Below, in pieces: positions 8,890-18,297 of a stretch of DNA of 64,000 nucleotides. The translations under genes were made by a program, and so were the position numbers. Numbering within the stretch: position 1 is the stretch's first letter; every line of letters starts with the position of its first letter. Origin of the DNA: Flavobacteriales bacterium (GTDB taxonomy: Bacteria > Bacteroidota > Bacteroidia > UBA10329); the NCBI GenBank assembly GCA_020635535.1, contig JACJZP010000013.1, positions 16,358-80,357 of the forward strand, given 5' to 3'. A model generated the notes under the pieces. The model saw only the letters and a program-made list of their open reading frames with translations. It had not been told where the DNA came from and made no database searches.

Positions 8890-11800
8890 ATGAGAACACT
8901 TATACTTTTCTTATTGCTTACGCTTTTTGTGGGAAACACCCACATTCAGGCACAGACTCAACCACAGGACACCTCCCTCTATTACTATTACAAAGGCGAG
9001 AAGATTTTTCTCGAGCGGGTACCAGAAGAACTGACAATTACGTTCCGCGAACCAACTTCTCTTAGTCAGGCAGTTGCAGCGTTAACGAAGAACGCTGAGA
9101 GGTTTGAATTTTCAATCGACTCTTCGCGGTTTGAAGATGGTGTCCTGACCATCGGTCTAAAGACACGGTTGACTTCGCTGGCAGGTCAAAGAATGCTCCA
9201 AAGAATGATGCGAGATGAAGCGATAAGCTCGGTATCATCCATCAGGAATGAAGTTCATCTTGAACTTAGGGAGTACTCATCGGTGTTTTATGGCGGTAAG
9301 GCTTTGAAGTTTTCTATTGACACCGACCACCTCTTTGTTTCCTTCAACAATCCAATGGATTTTGAGCGTTTTAAAACCAAAGGAGTGAAAGGGCTCGACC
9401 ATTCCGTTGAGTGGACTTCGCTAAACTCAGCCAAGGCAAGACAGATACCATTGATATTTGACGGTCAAAGGGGGTATCTCGCAACAATGGCCAGACTGGA
9501 ACATTTACAAGAGGTATCCTACATATCTCCTGTACTATTTGATGAAGATGGTGAAACTTTATGGCTATATGAGGATTTTTATGTGGAATTGGGCGCGCAG
9601 GGGAATCTTGATACATTGCTTCACTACGCGCAAGTTTTAGGGTTTTCTGTTTCGCATTGGAGAAATGATGTGTTCCGTTGTACAGTAGACAAATTCTCAC
9701 TTGGTAATTCATTCGAGGTAGCACGATACCTATACAATCTTGATATATTCAATTTTGCCGAACCGGATTTTATTTTTCGGGTATATCCGACCAATGAACA
9801 TTACAGTGAACAATGGGGACTAAACAATTCAGGAACAAATTATCCTGGATATGGATTCTCGTCCCCACCAACTGGTGACCCAAATGCTTCAATTCATGCT
9901 GAAGATGCATGGGCCTTGGTTGGGGGCGGGGATTCAGATCTGATTGTAGCGGTTTTAGACGTATTCCCATCACAAGCCTTGACACACCCTGATAACCCAA
10001 TCGATTACTCTTATGATGCAACCCAGTCAAGTTTTCAAATAATAAATGATGATGAAGATCATGGTGCCCATGGAATTGCTTGTTCTGGAATAATTGCAGC
10101 TGACAACAATAACATAGGTACAAAAGGTGTAGCTTATCTGGTCAAGACTCTTGCAGTCAATGTTGCTTCTGAGTTAACCGCCAATGGTGGTTATGAAACT
10201 AGTCCGGCAATTATTGCAAATGCAATTAACTGGGCTTCGAACTTCAATTGTTCTGTTATTTCTTGTTCTAACAGATGGCCTTTTGAATATAGCTCATTGG
10301 TCAATCCTGCGATAAACAACGCGGTGAACAATGGACGTGACGGCAACGGGATTCCATTTCTGGCGAGTTCAGGTAATGATAACCTGGGCTCTGTTTACTA
10401 TCCAGCATCTGCTGATGGTACTATCGCGGTTGGTGCTTCGACCATGTGTGATGAACGAAAAAGCCCAACCTCGTGTGACGGTGAAACCAGCTGGGGTAGT
10501 CACGGTGGTCCATCATTGGACGTGGTTGCCCCAGGCGTTAAAATTTACACAACAGACATTGTCGGATTCGGAGGCTATAATCCAGCATTCGGAATATTAG
10601 GAGATGGTGCCTATCATTCTCATTTTAGCGGCACTTCTGCCGCGTGTCCGATGGCCGCTGGCGTTATGGCCCTTATTCTATCGGCCAATCCCAACCTCAC
10701 AGCCGACCAAGCACGTTACGTTTTAGAATCAACCTGCGACAAAGTCCGTCCTGACCTTTACGATTATAACACCACTATGCCCAATGGTGAGAGCTGGAAT
10801 GAGGAAGTTGGTTATGGCCGTATCAATGCAGGCAGGGCTGTGGAAAAGGTTATCTACAACAGTTTCTGTCCTGAATTCGATTTCCCCATCATACCCAACA
10901 CATCGTGGCAAACGCACCATTCAATAATTTACGATGATTACTGGAGTCTCTATCGCTTCACTGCAACAGCAGGTGAGACCTATGAGTTCAAAACGTGCTG
11001 TGGAGACGGAGCATCGTCAGATTTTTCTGCCATACTGGAGTTGTCTGATGGATCTTGCGAGTTTATTGCCAACGGGTCTTCTCAACTCACTTGGACAGCC
11101 AATTATTCGGGTAGTGTCTATCTCAAAATTCGCGCAAGCTCTGGAGATGGTCAATATACCATGGCATATAGACGGGTTCTTCCAGAACCGGAGCCTTGTA
11201 CACTTTCTGTCTCTCCTTCGGTCTCGAGTACTTCAACCGGGTACAATGAAGGCTCCAATACCTTTACAGTGAATGCAACCGACAGTTGGAGCATCACCTC
11301 GCCCAACTGCAATTGGATAATTGGTATGGGCCCACTTTCGGGCTTTGGTACTGAGAACGTGACCGTGTACTACGGAGGAAATACCTCTCTCAGTAGTAGG
11401 CAGTGTGATTTCAGTGTGAGTTGTGGCGTCAGTTCTGCAACCTATTCGCTGGTTCAGGCAGGTCCTCAGCTTAGTCTGGGGTCACCTTCAAATGGAGCGA
11501 CCGTTTCCTGTTCTTCAGGGGTAAACTTCAGTTGGTCTTCCAATGTCAGTCCTGTGGAATACCGCATACAGGTTTCCACCGTAAACGACTGGAATCCGGA
11601 AACAGGTTTCTCCAATCCGATCGTTAGCGTTAATACGGGCAGCAATGCATTCTTCAATTGGCAGGGGGCGTCATCGAGCACAACTTATTACTGGACCGTT
11701 CACGTGTACGATGCCGGAACCTATCTTACTTCTGATTATACTCAGCCAAGGGTTTTTACTACAGGTAATTGTGGTGGGGGTAGTGGAGGCTGTAGTGGCA

Positions 11801-14800
11801 CCCCTCAGGTGCTGCTTCAAAGCCCCTCAGATTATACAGTATTTATGGGTTGTGCTGGTACGAGTATTCCATGGAGTTGGACCCCAGTTTCTGGATGTGC
11901 TGTAACGGAATACCAAATCGAGTTTGCTACACAACCTACATTTAACGGAAGTAATGTTGCTACTGAGACGGACAACTTTTTCACGTTCGTGTTCAATTCG
12001 GATTACACATCAAATGTGACCATTTACTGGCGGGTTAGAGGACGCAACCAAAATGGTTGGGGCAGTTGGAGTCAGACAGGAACATTCTACATCAATGCCT
12101 GTGGTGGAGTTGATTGTAATGACCCCTACGAATCGAATAACGACCCATCGATCGGTGATGATTACGAGATTTCTCCAGTGGTCTTTACGAATGACGAGTT
12201 CACATTTAAGACCAGTGGGGCGTGTACGGGTTACTCTGAAAGTAACGAACAGGACTATTTTAAGCTGTCGTTACCATCTGGGTATGACTACACGATAAGT
12301 TCAAGACTGCAGACGGCCTTCGGGTCCACTGATGGTATCAACTATTCTGGCTATACACAATACGCCTCTTGGTCATCTCAGACAGGGAACTGGTCAAATT
12401 GGGATACTCAACAACTTGCTAGTTTTTCGTTGAGCGATGGTGGTACCGCCTATTTTGTTGTTGGGGATTACTACAGCGACCCCAATTTCAGAGGTAGCTA
12501 TTCATTGGAGGTGACAGTGACGAGGGTTGAACTTCCAAAGCCTGATCTCCGTCCCTATACCGCTAGTGGTTGGACAGCTCCAATTATTGCCTCCACCGTT
12601 ACGGGAACCACTTACAGTTCGGGTGTGTACAATACGGATCAGGAGATCTTCATTGATATTGGGTTTTGGAACGCAAGCTCCTCCAGTTGCGGCCCCTTCG
12701 TTACAATGCTGTACTTGGACAATCAACCCCAATTTGGGGCTGCCCCCGGGGGGCTTGCGGGTTACGATGATGAATCGCTGATGGATATTTCCATTGGTAA
12801 CCTATCTGCCGGGTATCATGAACTTAGATTGGTTGTGGATGCGAATTCTGAGGTCATTGAAAGCAATGAGTATAATAATGAATACTCTCTTGTGATATAT
12901 GTGGATCAGGTGTTGCCTAACCTGCGGCCCTTCACACCATCAGGTTACTCATCACCTCTGGTAGTTTCCAACGTTAGCGGCACCACAACAGATGCAGTTG
13001 TTATTAACCAGTTGGACAATGTTTATCTCGACCTTTCTCAGATAAACGATGGATCGGTCAACGCATCGGCCTTTACATCAAAGCTTTATCTAGACAACGT
13101 TGAAATTCTTGATTGGGCCGGTGGTTCCGGTGGGCTACCTGCGGGCAACTATAATCTGTGGAATGACTATAGTTTAGGTAGCGTTTCGGCAGGATTGCAC
13201 GAACTCAAGCTGGTTGTTGATGCAAACAATGCTGTTTCTGAATCCAATGAGTTGGACAATACCTATACAAGAACGTTCAATGTAAGTTGTCAGGCCCCCT
13301 CTCAGCCATCCTCCATATCAGGCAGCGGGGGAGCATGTCAAAATGATGTGTTCACATATTCGGTCTCCGAAGAACCGGGCATTGTTTACTCATGGTCGGT
13401 AAGCGGTGGACAGATCATATCCGGTCAGGGCAACCATATTATTGGGGTCATTTTTAACACACCTGGTAGCCAAGTGGTATCAGTTAGTGCTCTCAATAGC
13501 TGTGGTCAAAGTATTGTTCGTTCCATGAATGTTTTTGTGCATCCAACGATACCTACCACTTATCTGGTCGATACGATTTGTGCTGGGTCCAATTACGAAG
13601 GATATTACAGTTCTGGCAGTTATACTGACACCTATACGGCACAAAGTGGATGTGACAGTGTGCGCGTGTTAAACTTGACCGTCATGCCTAGCGTCAGTGC
13701 GGGATGGCAGTTGCAATCATCAGCTGCTGACATATATTGGAGGTCTGTATCATACGGAAACGGGCTATTCGTGGCTGTGGCAAACAGCGGATCGCAAGAC
13801 GGAAGAATAATGACCAGTCCTGATGGCGCAAATTGGACATTGAGAACAAGCCCTGGAACTGGTTCATGGATGTCTGTATGCTACGGCAATGGGACATTTG
13901 TGGCTGTTGGCGTTGATAATGTAATGACAAGCAATGATGGTCTTACTTGGACTCTACGAACACCCGCTACAGACAATTTTTGGAAATCCGTTACTTATGG
14001 GAATGGACTTTTTGTTGCCGTAGCAAACTCTGGATCCGGGGACCGTATAATGACCAGCTCAGATGGTATTAATTGGGCCTCACAGGTGGTTCAGTATGAT
14101 AAGGCATGGAATTCAGTTGTCTATGGAAGTGGTCGCTTTGTTGCGGTTTGTGGAACCACATTGGGAAGCCAAGTTCTGACAAGTACTGATGGAATCACCT
14201 GGAGCTTTTATAACAGCTCGGTAACACGCAATTGGAGATCTGTTACATATGGCAACGGGCTATTTGTTGCAGTTGCAAACAGTGGCACTAACGATAGGGT
14301 AATGACCAGTTCTAATGGAATCAATTGGACCACCAGACTCGCTGCTACCGACAATAATTGGGAATCTGTTACATATGGTAACGGTAGGTTTGTGGCAGTG
14401 GCCGCATCTGGATCAGGCAATAGGGTAATGACCAGCCCCAATGGCATCAATTGGACATTGGGTGTATCGGCAGCCGACAACAATTGGGAATCTGTAGTAT
14501 ATGGTAATGACCTTTTCGTGGCTGTTGGTAGTACTGGTTCAGGTAATAGGGTCATGGTCTTTACCTTCCCGATTGTAGATACAAGAACATCCTGTGGACC
14601 ATTCACATGGATAGACGGCAATACATATTCACAAAACAACACCACGGCCACCCAATTATTGACCAGCACATTCGGCTGTGATTCATTGGTTCAGTTGAAC
14701 CTCACTGTAAGTGCGCCTGTGAGTACATCTTTCGCCCAGACTATCTGCGCGGGGGAAAGCTACGAGGGCTATTCTATAGCAGGTATTTATACCGATACTT

Positions 14801-17589
14801 TTACTGCAAATAATGGCTGTGATAGTATCCGAACGGTCAATCTTAGTGTACTTCCTTCATACACTACATCTCATGCAGATACGATATGTGCTACAGAAAC
14901 ATTCAATGGTTATTCCAACTCGGGCATCTATACGGACACATTGATAGCTGTCAATGGGTGCGACAGTATCAGAACACTTGATTTGACTGTTTTGCCGCTC
15001 AGTGATTGTTTCAGTCTTTGCCCGGATGGAATTGTTGTTGATTGCTCAAATTTAATCCTCCACCAGAATGGCCCCGTGGCAACTGACGAAGGAGTTGCCT
15101 TTGAGGGTTTTGACGCAAGCACCTTACAAACATCGTTGGGGCATAATTTTTTGGGTTCGAATGCTACGCAAGGTTCATTTATGGTTGCGGATGATTTCGT
15201 GGTTACGAATCCAACTGGGTGGGTTCTTAACGAAGTTGTTCTATTCGGGTACCAAACCGGTTCAAGTTTCACGTCCACGATAACTGGGTTGTATGTGCGT
15301 ATTTGGGATGATATTCCGGGGGTCGGCAACGTGATTTTTGGTGACCTCGCCACAAATATCCTTTCCTCATCCGAATGGACCGGAGTGTATCGGGCGTCAG
15401 AACAAAACATTAGTAGTACCCAGAGACCCATTATGCGGGTACATGGTTCATTACCTAATCTGCAACTGCCCCAAGGCACTTATTGGCTGGAGTGGTCGCT
15501 TCAGGGATCCCTAAATGCACCCGTGTGGGTGCCAGCACTTTCACAACATAATGTTGCCGTTACTGGTAATGGCCTAATTTCTTCAAGTACTAGCAATACC
15601 TACACTCCGACAACACATAACAATGGAGACACTTATGGGCTGTCGTTCCAACTTCTTGGAAATGAGCAGATGGTGTTTTCTACAACTGAGTTTGGCTGTA
15701 CAGCAAACATTCAATTACCAACACCTTCCATACTTGAATGTCGGAATGCCGCTTTGGTCAACAGTTTCAACGGGACGGATAATGCATCTGGCATATATCC
15801 CGTTGGTCTGACAACTGTGTTATGGGAAGTTACTGACCCACAGGGAATACAATCTACCTGTAGCTTTGATGTTCAGGTTGATTTGACCGATTCCTTATCC
15901 GTATCGCCACCAGTAAGTATGGGAGATGTGTCATTCTGTTCTGGCTCACCAACCGTTGCGCTCTCCGTTACCCCTCCGCAAGGGGCCACGGTAGATTGGT
16001 ACGATGCAAACGAAACTCTTGTTGCCTCAAGCACGAATTCGTTCACACCAACAACCTCTGGGGTGTATTTCGCAGAGTCCCGAGTGCACAGTGAACTATC
16101 TGTAGGAGATTATTATGAAGGCGGGATAATCGCACACATTTTACAACCTGGAGATATTGGGTATGTTCAGGGTGAGGTAAATGGGTTTATTGTTTCAGAT
16201 TCTGATTTGGGATTGGCAGAGTGGGGATGTGGTGGAACTTTGGCTGGAGGGACACTCCTTACTTTAGGTTCAGGTAAAGACAATACTGAATCTATTCTAA
16301 GTTTTCATGATAATTTAACAGATTACTACACCAATCCTACTCAATGTCATGTTGAAAATGATGGAACGGTAGCTGCAAAACTTGTAGCGGATACGGTCAT
16401 TGGTGGTTACGATGACTGGTATTTGCCGAGTAAAGATGAGCTGAATAAGTTGTTCATGAATCTTCATGCTCAGAGTATCGGTGATTTTCAGAAGAACACT
16501 TATTATAGCTCCAGTGAGACCAGTGCAACTGGGGCCGCGGGTCAGGTTTTTGGTACTTTTCTTTCTTTCGGTCCTGGAGACCAGATTAACTTTACCAAAT
16601 ATGGTGCTCATGGCATCCGGGCTGTACGATCATTCAGAACAACTGGTATTGGCTGTACAAGTGAAAACAGAACTCCTGTAGAATTACATGAAATTCCCGC
16701 AATCACTTCCAATGTCACGCAGAGCATCTGCACAGGGCAGAGTTTTGAGGGGTATTCTGCCACAGGTACCTACACGGACACGTTCATCTCACAGGGCGGT
16801 TGTGACAGTACGCGCACACTCGACCTGACGGTTGTCCCTGCCATCACCAGTGCGTTTGCCGAGACCATCTGCACGGGTCAGAGCTTCGAGGGATACACGT
16901 CCACGGGCATTTACACGGACACGTTCATCTCACAGGGCGGTTGTGACAGTACCCGAACACTCGACCTGACGGTTGTCCCTGCCATCACCAGTTCGTTTGC
17001 CGAGACCATCTGCACGGGTGAGAGCTTCGAGGGATACACGTCCACGGGCATTTACACGGACACGTTCATCTCACAGGGCGGTTGTGACAGTACGCGAACG
17101 CTCGACCTGACAGTACACAACCTTCCTTCAGCGCCTGTAATTACCGATTTAGGCGGTTACTTGCAATCATCTTATGCAACCGGTAACCAGTGGTACTTGA
17201 ATGGGCAGGAATTATCTGGAGAAACAGGACAGGTATTGAACAATCCCACCTCAGGTAGCTACACCGTGGAATATACTGACGCTAATGGTTGTACTGAAAT
17301 TTCAAGCCCAGTGGTTGTGATGGTTACTGGATTGTCAGACATGAACAGTACTGGTTTGATTGAGGTGTATCCGAATCCAAATAGCGGGTCGTTTTTAGTC
17401 AATACGGGAACGTTAGAGGTTAGGGAAATCAGAGTGTTTAATTCGTTAGGAAAATTGGTTGAATTCAAATCTGACCTATCGTCACAATCGGGAGGTTCTT
17501 ATGATTTCTATCTCAATGCAGCAGGGGTTTACTCCATTGTTATTGTTGGCGAATCTGAAGTTTACGCAAAAAAGGTTGTGGTTAATTAA
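8890..17589 (+). CDS. giant secreted multidomain protein: S8 subtilisin-like peptidase plus adhesin-type modules plus T9SS type A C-terminal sorting domain (2899 aa)
   Basis: ATG 8890 gives signal peptide MRTLILFLLLTLFVGNTHIQAQ (the track start 8872 is TTG). S8 triad contexts: VAVLDV, HGAHGIACSG, SGTSAACPMAAG. Two CARDB-like units (LRPYTASGW.., LRPFTPSGY..). Seven propeller-type repeats. HYR-like segment (..VGLTTVLWEVTDPQGIQSTCSFDVQV). DUF1566/Lcl-C-like segment (GGYDDWYLPSKDELNKL). Seven Cys-motif modules. C-terminal EVYPNPNSGSFLV...YAKKVVVN. Confidence 0.85.
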   Translation: MRTLILFLLLTLFVGNTHIQAQTQPQDTSLYYYYKGEKIFLERVPEELTITFREPTSLSQAVAALTKNAERFEFSIDSSRFEDGVLTIGLKTRLTSLAGQRMLQRMMRDEAISSVSSIRNEVHLELREYSSVFYGGKALKFSIDTDHLFVSFNNPMDFERFKTKGVKGLDHSVEWTSLNSAKARQIPLIFDGQRGYLATMARLEHLQEVSYISPVLFDEDGETLWLYEDFYVELGAQGNLDTLLHYAQVLGFSVSHWRNDVFRCTVDKFSLGNSFEVARYLYNLDIFNFAEPDFIFRVYPTNEHYSEQWGLNNSGTNYPGYGFSSPPTGDPNASIHAEDAWALVGGGDSDLIVAVLDVFPSQALTHPDNPIDYSYDATQSSFQIINDDEDHGAHGIACSGIIAADNNNIGTKGVAYLVKTLAVNVASELTANGGYETSPAIIANAINWASNFNCSVISCSNRWPFEYSSLVNPAINNAVNNGRDGNGIPFLASSGNDNLGSVYYPASADGTIAVGASTMCDERKSPTSCDGETSWGSHGGPSLDVVAPGVKIYTTDIVGFGGYNPAFGILGDGAYHSHFSGTSAACPMAAGVMALILSANPNLTADQARYVLESTCDKVRPDLYDYNTTMPNGESWNEEVGYGRINAGRAVEKVIYNSFCPEFDFPIIPNTSWQTHHSIIYDDYWSLYRFTATAGETYEFKTCCGDGASSDFSAILELSDGSCEFIANGSSQLTWTANYSGSVYLKIRASSGDGQYTMAYRRVLPEPEPCTLSVSPSVSSTSTGYNEGSNTFTVNATDSWSITSPNCNWIIGMGPLSGFGTENVTVYYGGNTSLSSRQCDFSVSCGVSSATYSLVQAGPQLSLGSPSNGATVSCSSGVNFSWSSNVSPVEYRIQVSTVNDWNPETGFSNPIVSVNTGSNAFFNWQGASSSTTYYWTVHVYDAGTYLTSDYTQPRVFTTGNCGGGSGGCSGTPQVLLQSPSDYTVFMGCAGTSIPWSWTPVSGCAVTEYQIEFATQPTFNGSNVATETDNFFTFVFNSDYTSNVTIYWRVRGRNQNGWGSWSQTGTFYINACGGVDCNDPYESNNDPSIGDDYEISPVVFTNDEFTFKTSGACTGYSESNEQDYFKLSLPSGYDYTISSRLQTAFGSTDGINYSGYTQYASWSSQTGNWSNWDTQQLASFSLSDGGTAYFVVGDYYSDPNFRGSYSLEVTVTRVELPKPDLRPYTASGWTAPIIASTVTGTTYSSGVYNTDQEIFIDIGFWNASSSSCGPFVTMLYLDNQPQFGAAPGGLAGYDDESLMDISIGNLSAGYHELRLVVDANSEVIESNEYNNEYSLVIYVDQVLPNLRPFTPSGYSSPLVVSNVSGTTTDAVVINQLDNVYLDLSQINDGSVNASAFTSKLYLDNVEILDWAGGSGGLPAGNYNLWNDYSLGSVSAGLHELKLVVDANNAVSESNELDNTYTRTFNVSCQAPSQPSSISGSGGACQNDVFTYSVSEEPGIVYSWSVSGGQIISGQGNHIIGVIFNTPGSQVVSVSALNSCGQSIVRSMNVFVHPTIPTTYLVDTICAGSNYEGYYSSGSYTDTYTAQSGCDSVRVLNLTVMPSVSAGWQLQSSAADIYWRSVSYGNGLFVAVANSGSQDGRIMTSPDGANWTLRTSPGTGSWMSVCYGNGTFVAVGVDNVMTSNDGLTWTLRTPATDNFWKSVTYGNGLFVAVANSGSGDRIMTSSDGINWASQVVQYDKAWNSVVYGSGRFVAVCGTTLGSQVLTSTDGITWSFYNSSVTRNWRSVTYGNGLFVAVANSGTNDRVMTSSNGINWTTRLAATDNNWESVTYGNGRFVAVAASGSGNRVMTSPNGINWTLGVSAADNNWESVVYGNDLFVAVGSTGSGNRVMVFTFPIVDTRTSCGPFTWIDGNTYSQNNTTATQLLTSTFGCDSLVQLNLTVSAPVSTSFAQTICAGESYEGYSIAGIYTDTFTANNGCDSIRTVNLSVLPSYTTSHADTICATETFNGYSNSGIYTDTLIAVNGCDSIRTLDLTVLPLSDCFSLCPDGIVVDCSNLILHQNGPVATDEGVAFEGFDASTLQTSLGHNFLGSNATQGSFMVADDFVVTNPTGWVLNEVVLFGYQTGSSFTSTITGLYVRIWDDIPGVGNVIFGDLATNILSSSEWTGVYRASEQNISSTQRPIMRVHGSLPNLQLPQGTYWLEWSLQGSLNAPVWVPALSQHNVAVTGNGLISSSTSNTYTPTTHNNGDTYGLSFQLLGNEQMVFSTTEFGCTANIQLPTPSILECRNAALVNSFNGTDNASGIYPVGLTTVLWEVTDPQGIQSTCSFDVQVDLTDSLSVSPPVSMGDVSFCSGSPTVALSVTPPQGATVDWYDANETLVASSTNSFTPTTSGVYFAESRVHSELSVGDYYEGGIIAHILQPGDIGYVQGEVNGFIVSDSDLGLAEWGCGGTLAGGTLLTLGSGKDNTESILSFHDNLTDYYTNPTQCHVENDGTVAAKLVADTVIGGYDDWYLPSKDELNKLFMNLHAQSIGDFQKNTYYSSSETSATGAAGQVFGTFLSFGPGDQINFTKYGAHGIRAVRSFRTTGIGCTSENRTPVELHEIPAITSNVTQSICTGQSFEGYSATGTYTDTFISQGGCDSTRTLDLTVVPAITSAFAETICTGQSFEGYTSTGIYTDTFISQGGCDSTRTLDLTVVPAITSSFAETICTGESFEGYTSTGIYTDTFISQGGCDSTRTLDLTVHNLPSAPVITDLGGYLQSSYATGNQWYLNGQELSGETGQVLNNPTSGSYTVEYTDANGCTEISSPVVVMVTGLSDMNSTGLIEVYPNPNSGSFLVNTGTLEVREIRVFNSLGKLVEFKSDLSSQSGGSYDFYLNAAGVYSIVIVGESEVYAKKVVVN
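13738..14565 (+). repeat. seven in-frame ~42-aa repeats (W-x-SV-x-YGNG-x-FVAV ... MTS-x-DG-x-NW), probable 7-bladed beta-propeller
   Basis: Read from the translation: WRSVSYGNGLFVAVANSG.., WMSVCYGNGTFVAVG.., WKSVTYGNGLFVAVANSG.., WNSVVYGSGRFVAVCG.., WRSVTYGNGLFVAVANSG.., WESVTYGNGRFVAVAASG.., WESVVYGNDLFVAVGSTG.. Confidence 0.6.
16693..17115 (+). repeat. three tandem 141-bp (47-aa) coding repeats, copies 2 and 3 nearly identical
   Basis: Units start at 16693, 16834 and 16975. The peptide unit is VPAITS-FAETICTG-SFEGYTSTGIYTDTFISQGGCDSTRTLDLTV. The period was checked on the nucleotide sequence (GTTGTCCCTGCCATCACCAG recurs 141 nt apart). Confidence 0.9.
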
Positions 17590-17696
17590 TCAGGGATAGC
17601 CTAATTATACATTTCGGAGCAGCCCAACGCAAAAGCACCCAAAATTTTCTTCCGTTGTTGTAAGCAGATAGCTTCGTGTAACTAATTGTTACAACG

Positions 17697-18083
17697 ATGG
17701 CAAAACTTGTTACAACCAAAGAGAAGTACGGGATTTCGGTAGCAACCCGAATTGACCCGGAAATGGCCCACCAAATTTCAGAGAGAGCCGAACGGCTTGG
17801 TGTCAGCTTTGCAAAAATGTTAGGCATTCTTGTGTCTAAAGGTTTTAACCCTCAGGAACCTATTTACATTGAGAACAGGGAAGAGGAGGAGCGGCTGAAT
17901 AATCGGATTTCAGAATTGGAATCAGAAGTAGAAGAACTTCGAGATGATATCGATGAGCAGTCACAACTATACAGAAACACCGCTGCTGAGCTTATCAATC
18001 AAGTAGCAGTCAATGACACAGAGAAAATCGCGTATTCCGAACTGTATAATCAAATTCTAAATGAGCAACGAGATGGATTTTAA
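17697..18083 (+). CDS. small ribbon-helix-helix-like (CopG/Arc-type) protein with acidic coiled-coil tail
   Basis: The N-terminus ISVATRIDPEMAHQISERAERLGVSFAKMLGILVSKG has a beta-helix-helix pattern typical of RHH. The C-terminal heptad-like region is EEEERLNNRISELESEVEELRDDIDEQ. An AATTGTTACAA motif sits just upstream. Confidence 0.4.
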   Translation: MAKLVTTKEKYGISVATRIDPEMAHQISERAERLGVSFAKMLGILVSKGFNPQEPIYIENREEEERLNNRISELESEVEELRDDIDEQSQLYRNTAAELINQVAVNDTEKIAYSELYNQILNEQRDGF

Positions 18084-18294
18084 TGAACAAGGCTCAGCGG
18101 AGCTGGCCCAACCAAGATACACTAATGAACAGATTGCAATTGCCATCGGAATTGGTTTCATAGGCATAGTGGTGTTTTATATCCTTAGGAGGATGATTCG
18201 CTCTGGCAGTACAAGTGCAATTAAGGTAGTTGCCGAGGAATCTGTGAAGTCTGCCTTGAGTGCCGCGGACATTGCCGCGATGCTCCACGGATAA
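18061..18294 (+). CDS. small single-pass membrane protein, unknown function
   Basis: 77-aa ORF overlapping the previous ORF by 23 nt. One clear TM helix (IAIAIGIGFIGIVVFYIL) followed by RRMIR. No other support. Confidence 0.3.
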   Translation: MSNEMDFNEQGSAELAQPRYTNEQIAIAIGIGFIGIVVFYILRRMIRSGSTSAIKVVAEESVKSALSAADIAAMLHG

Positions 18295-18297
18295 ACG

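Noticed and set aside
16693-17115. Regular 141-bp repeats considered as a possible CRISPR-like or satellite array
   Set aside because: There are no unique spacers between units. The period is a multiple of 3 and the repeats are in frame inside a long ORF that encodes a repeated protein module.
8890-17589. Giant island protein as an Rhs/polymorphic toxin
   Set aside because: No YD/Rhs repeats or PAAR are present. There is no C-terminal toxin with a downstream immunity gene. The C-terminus is a T9SS sorting domain.
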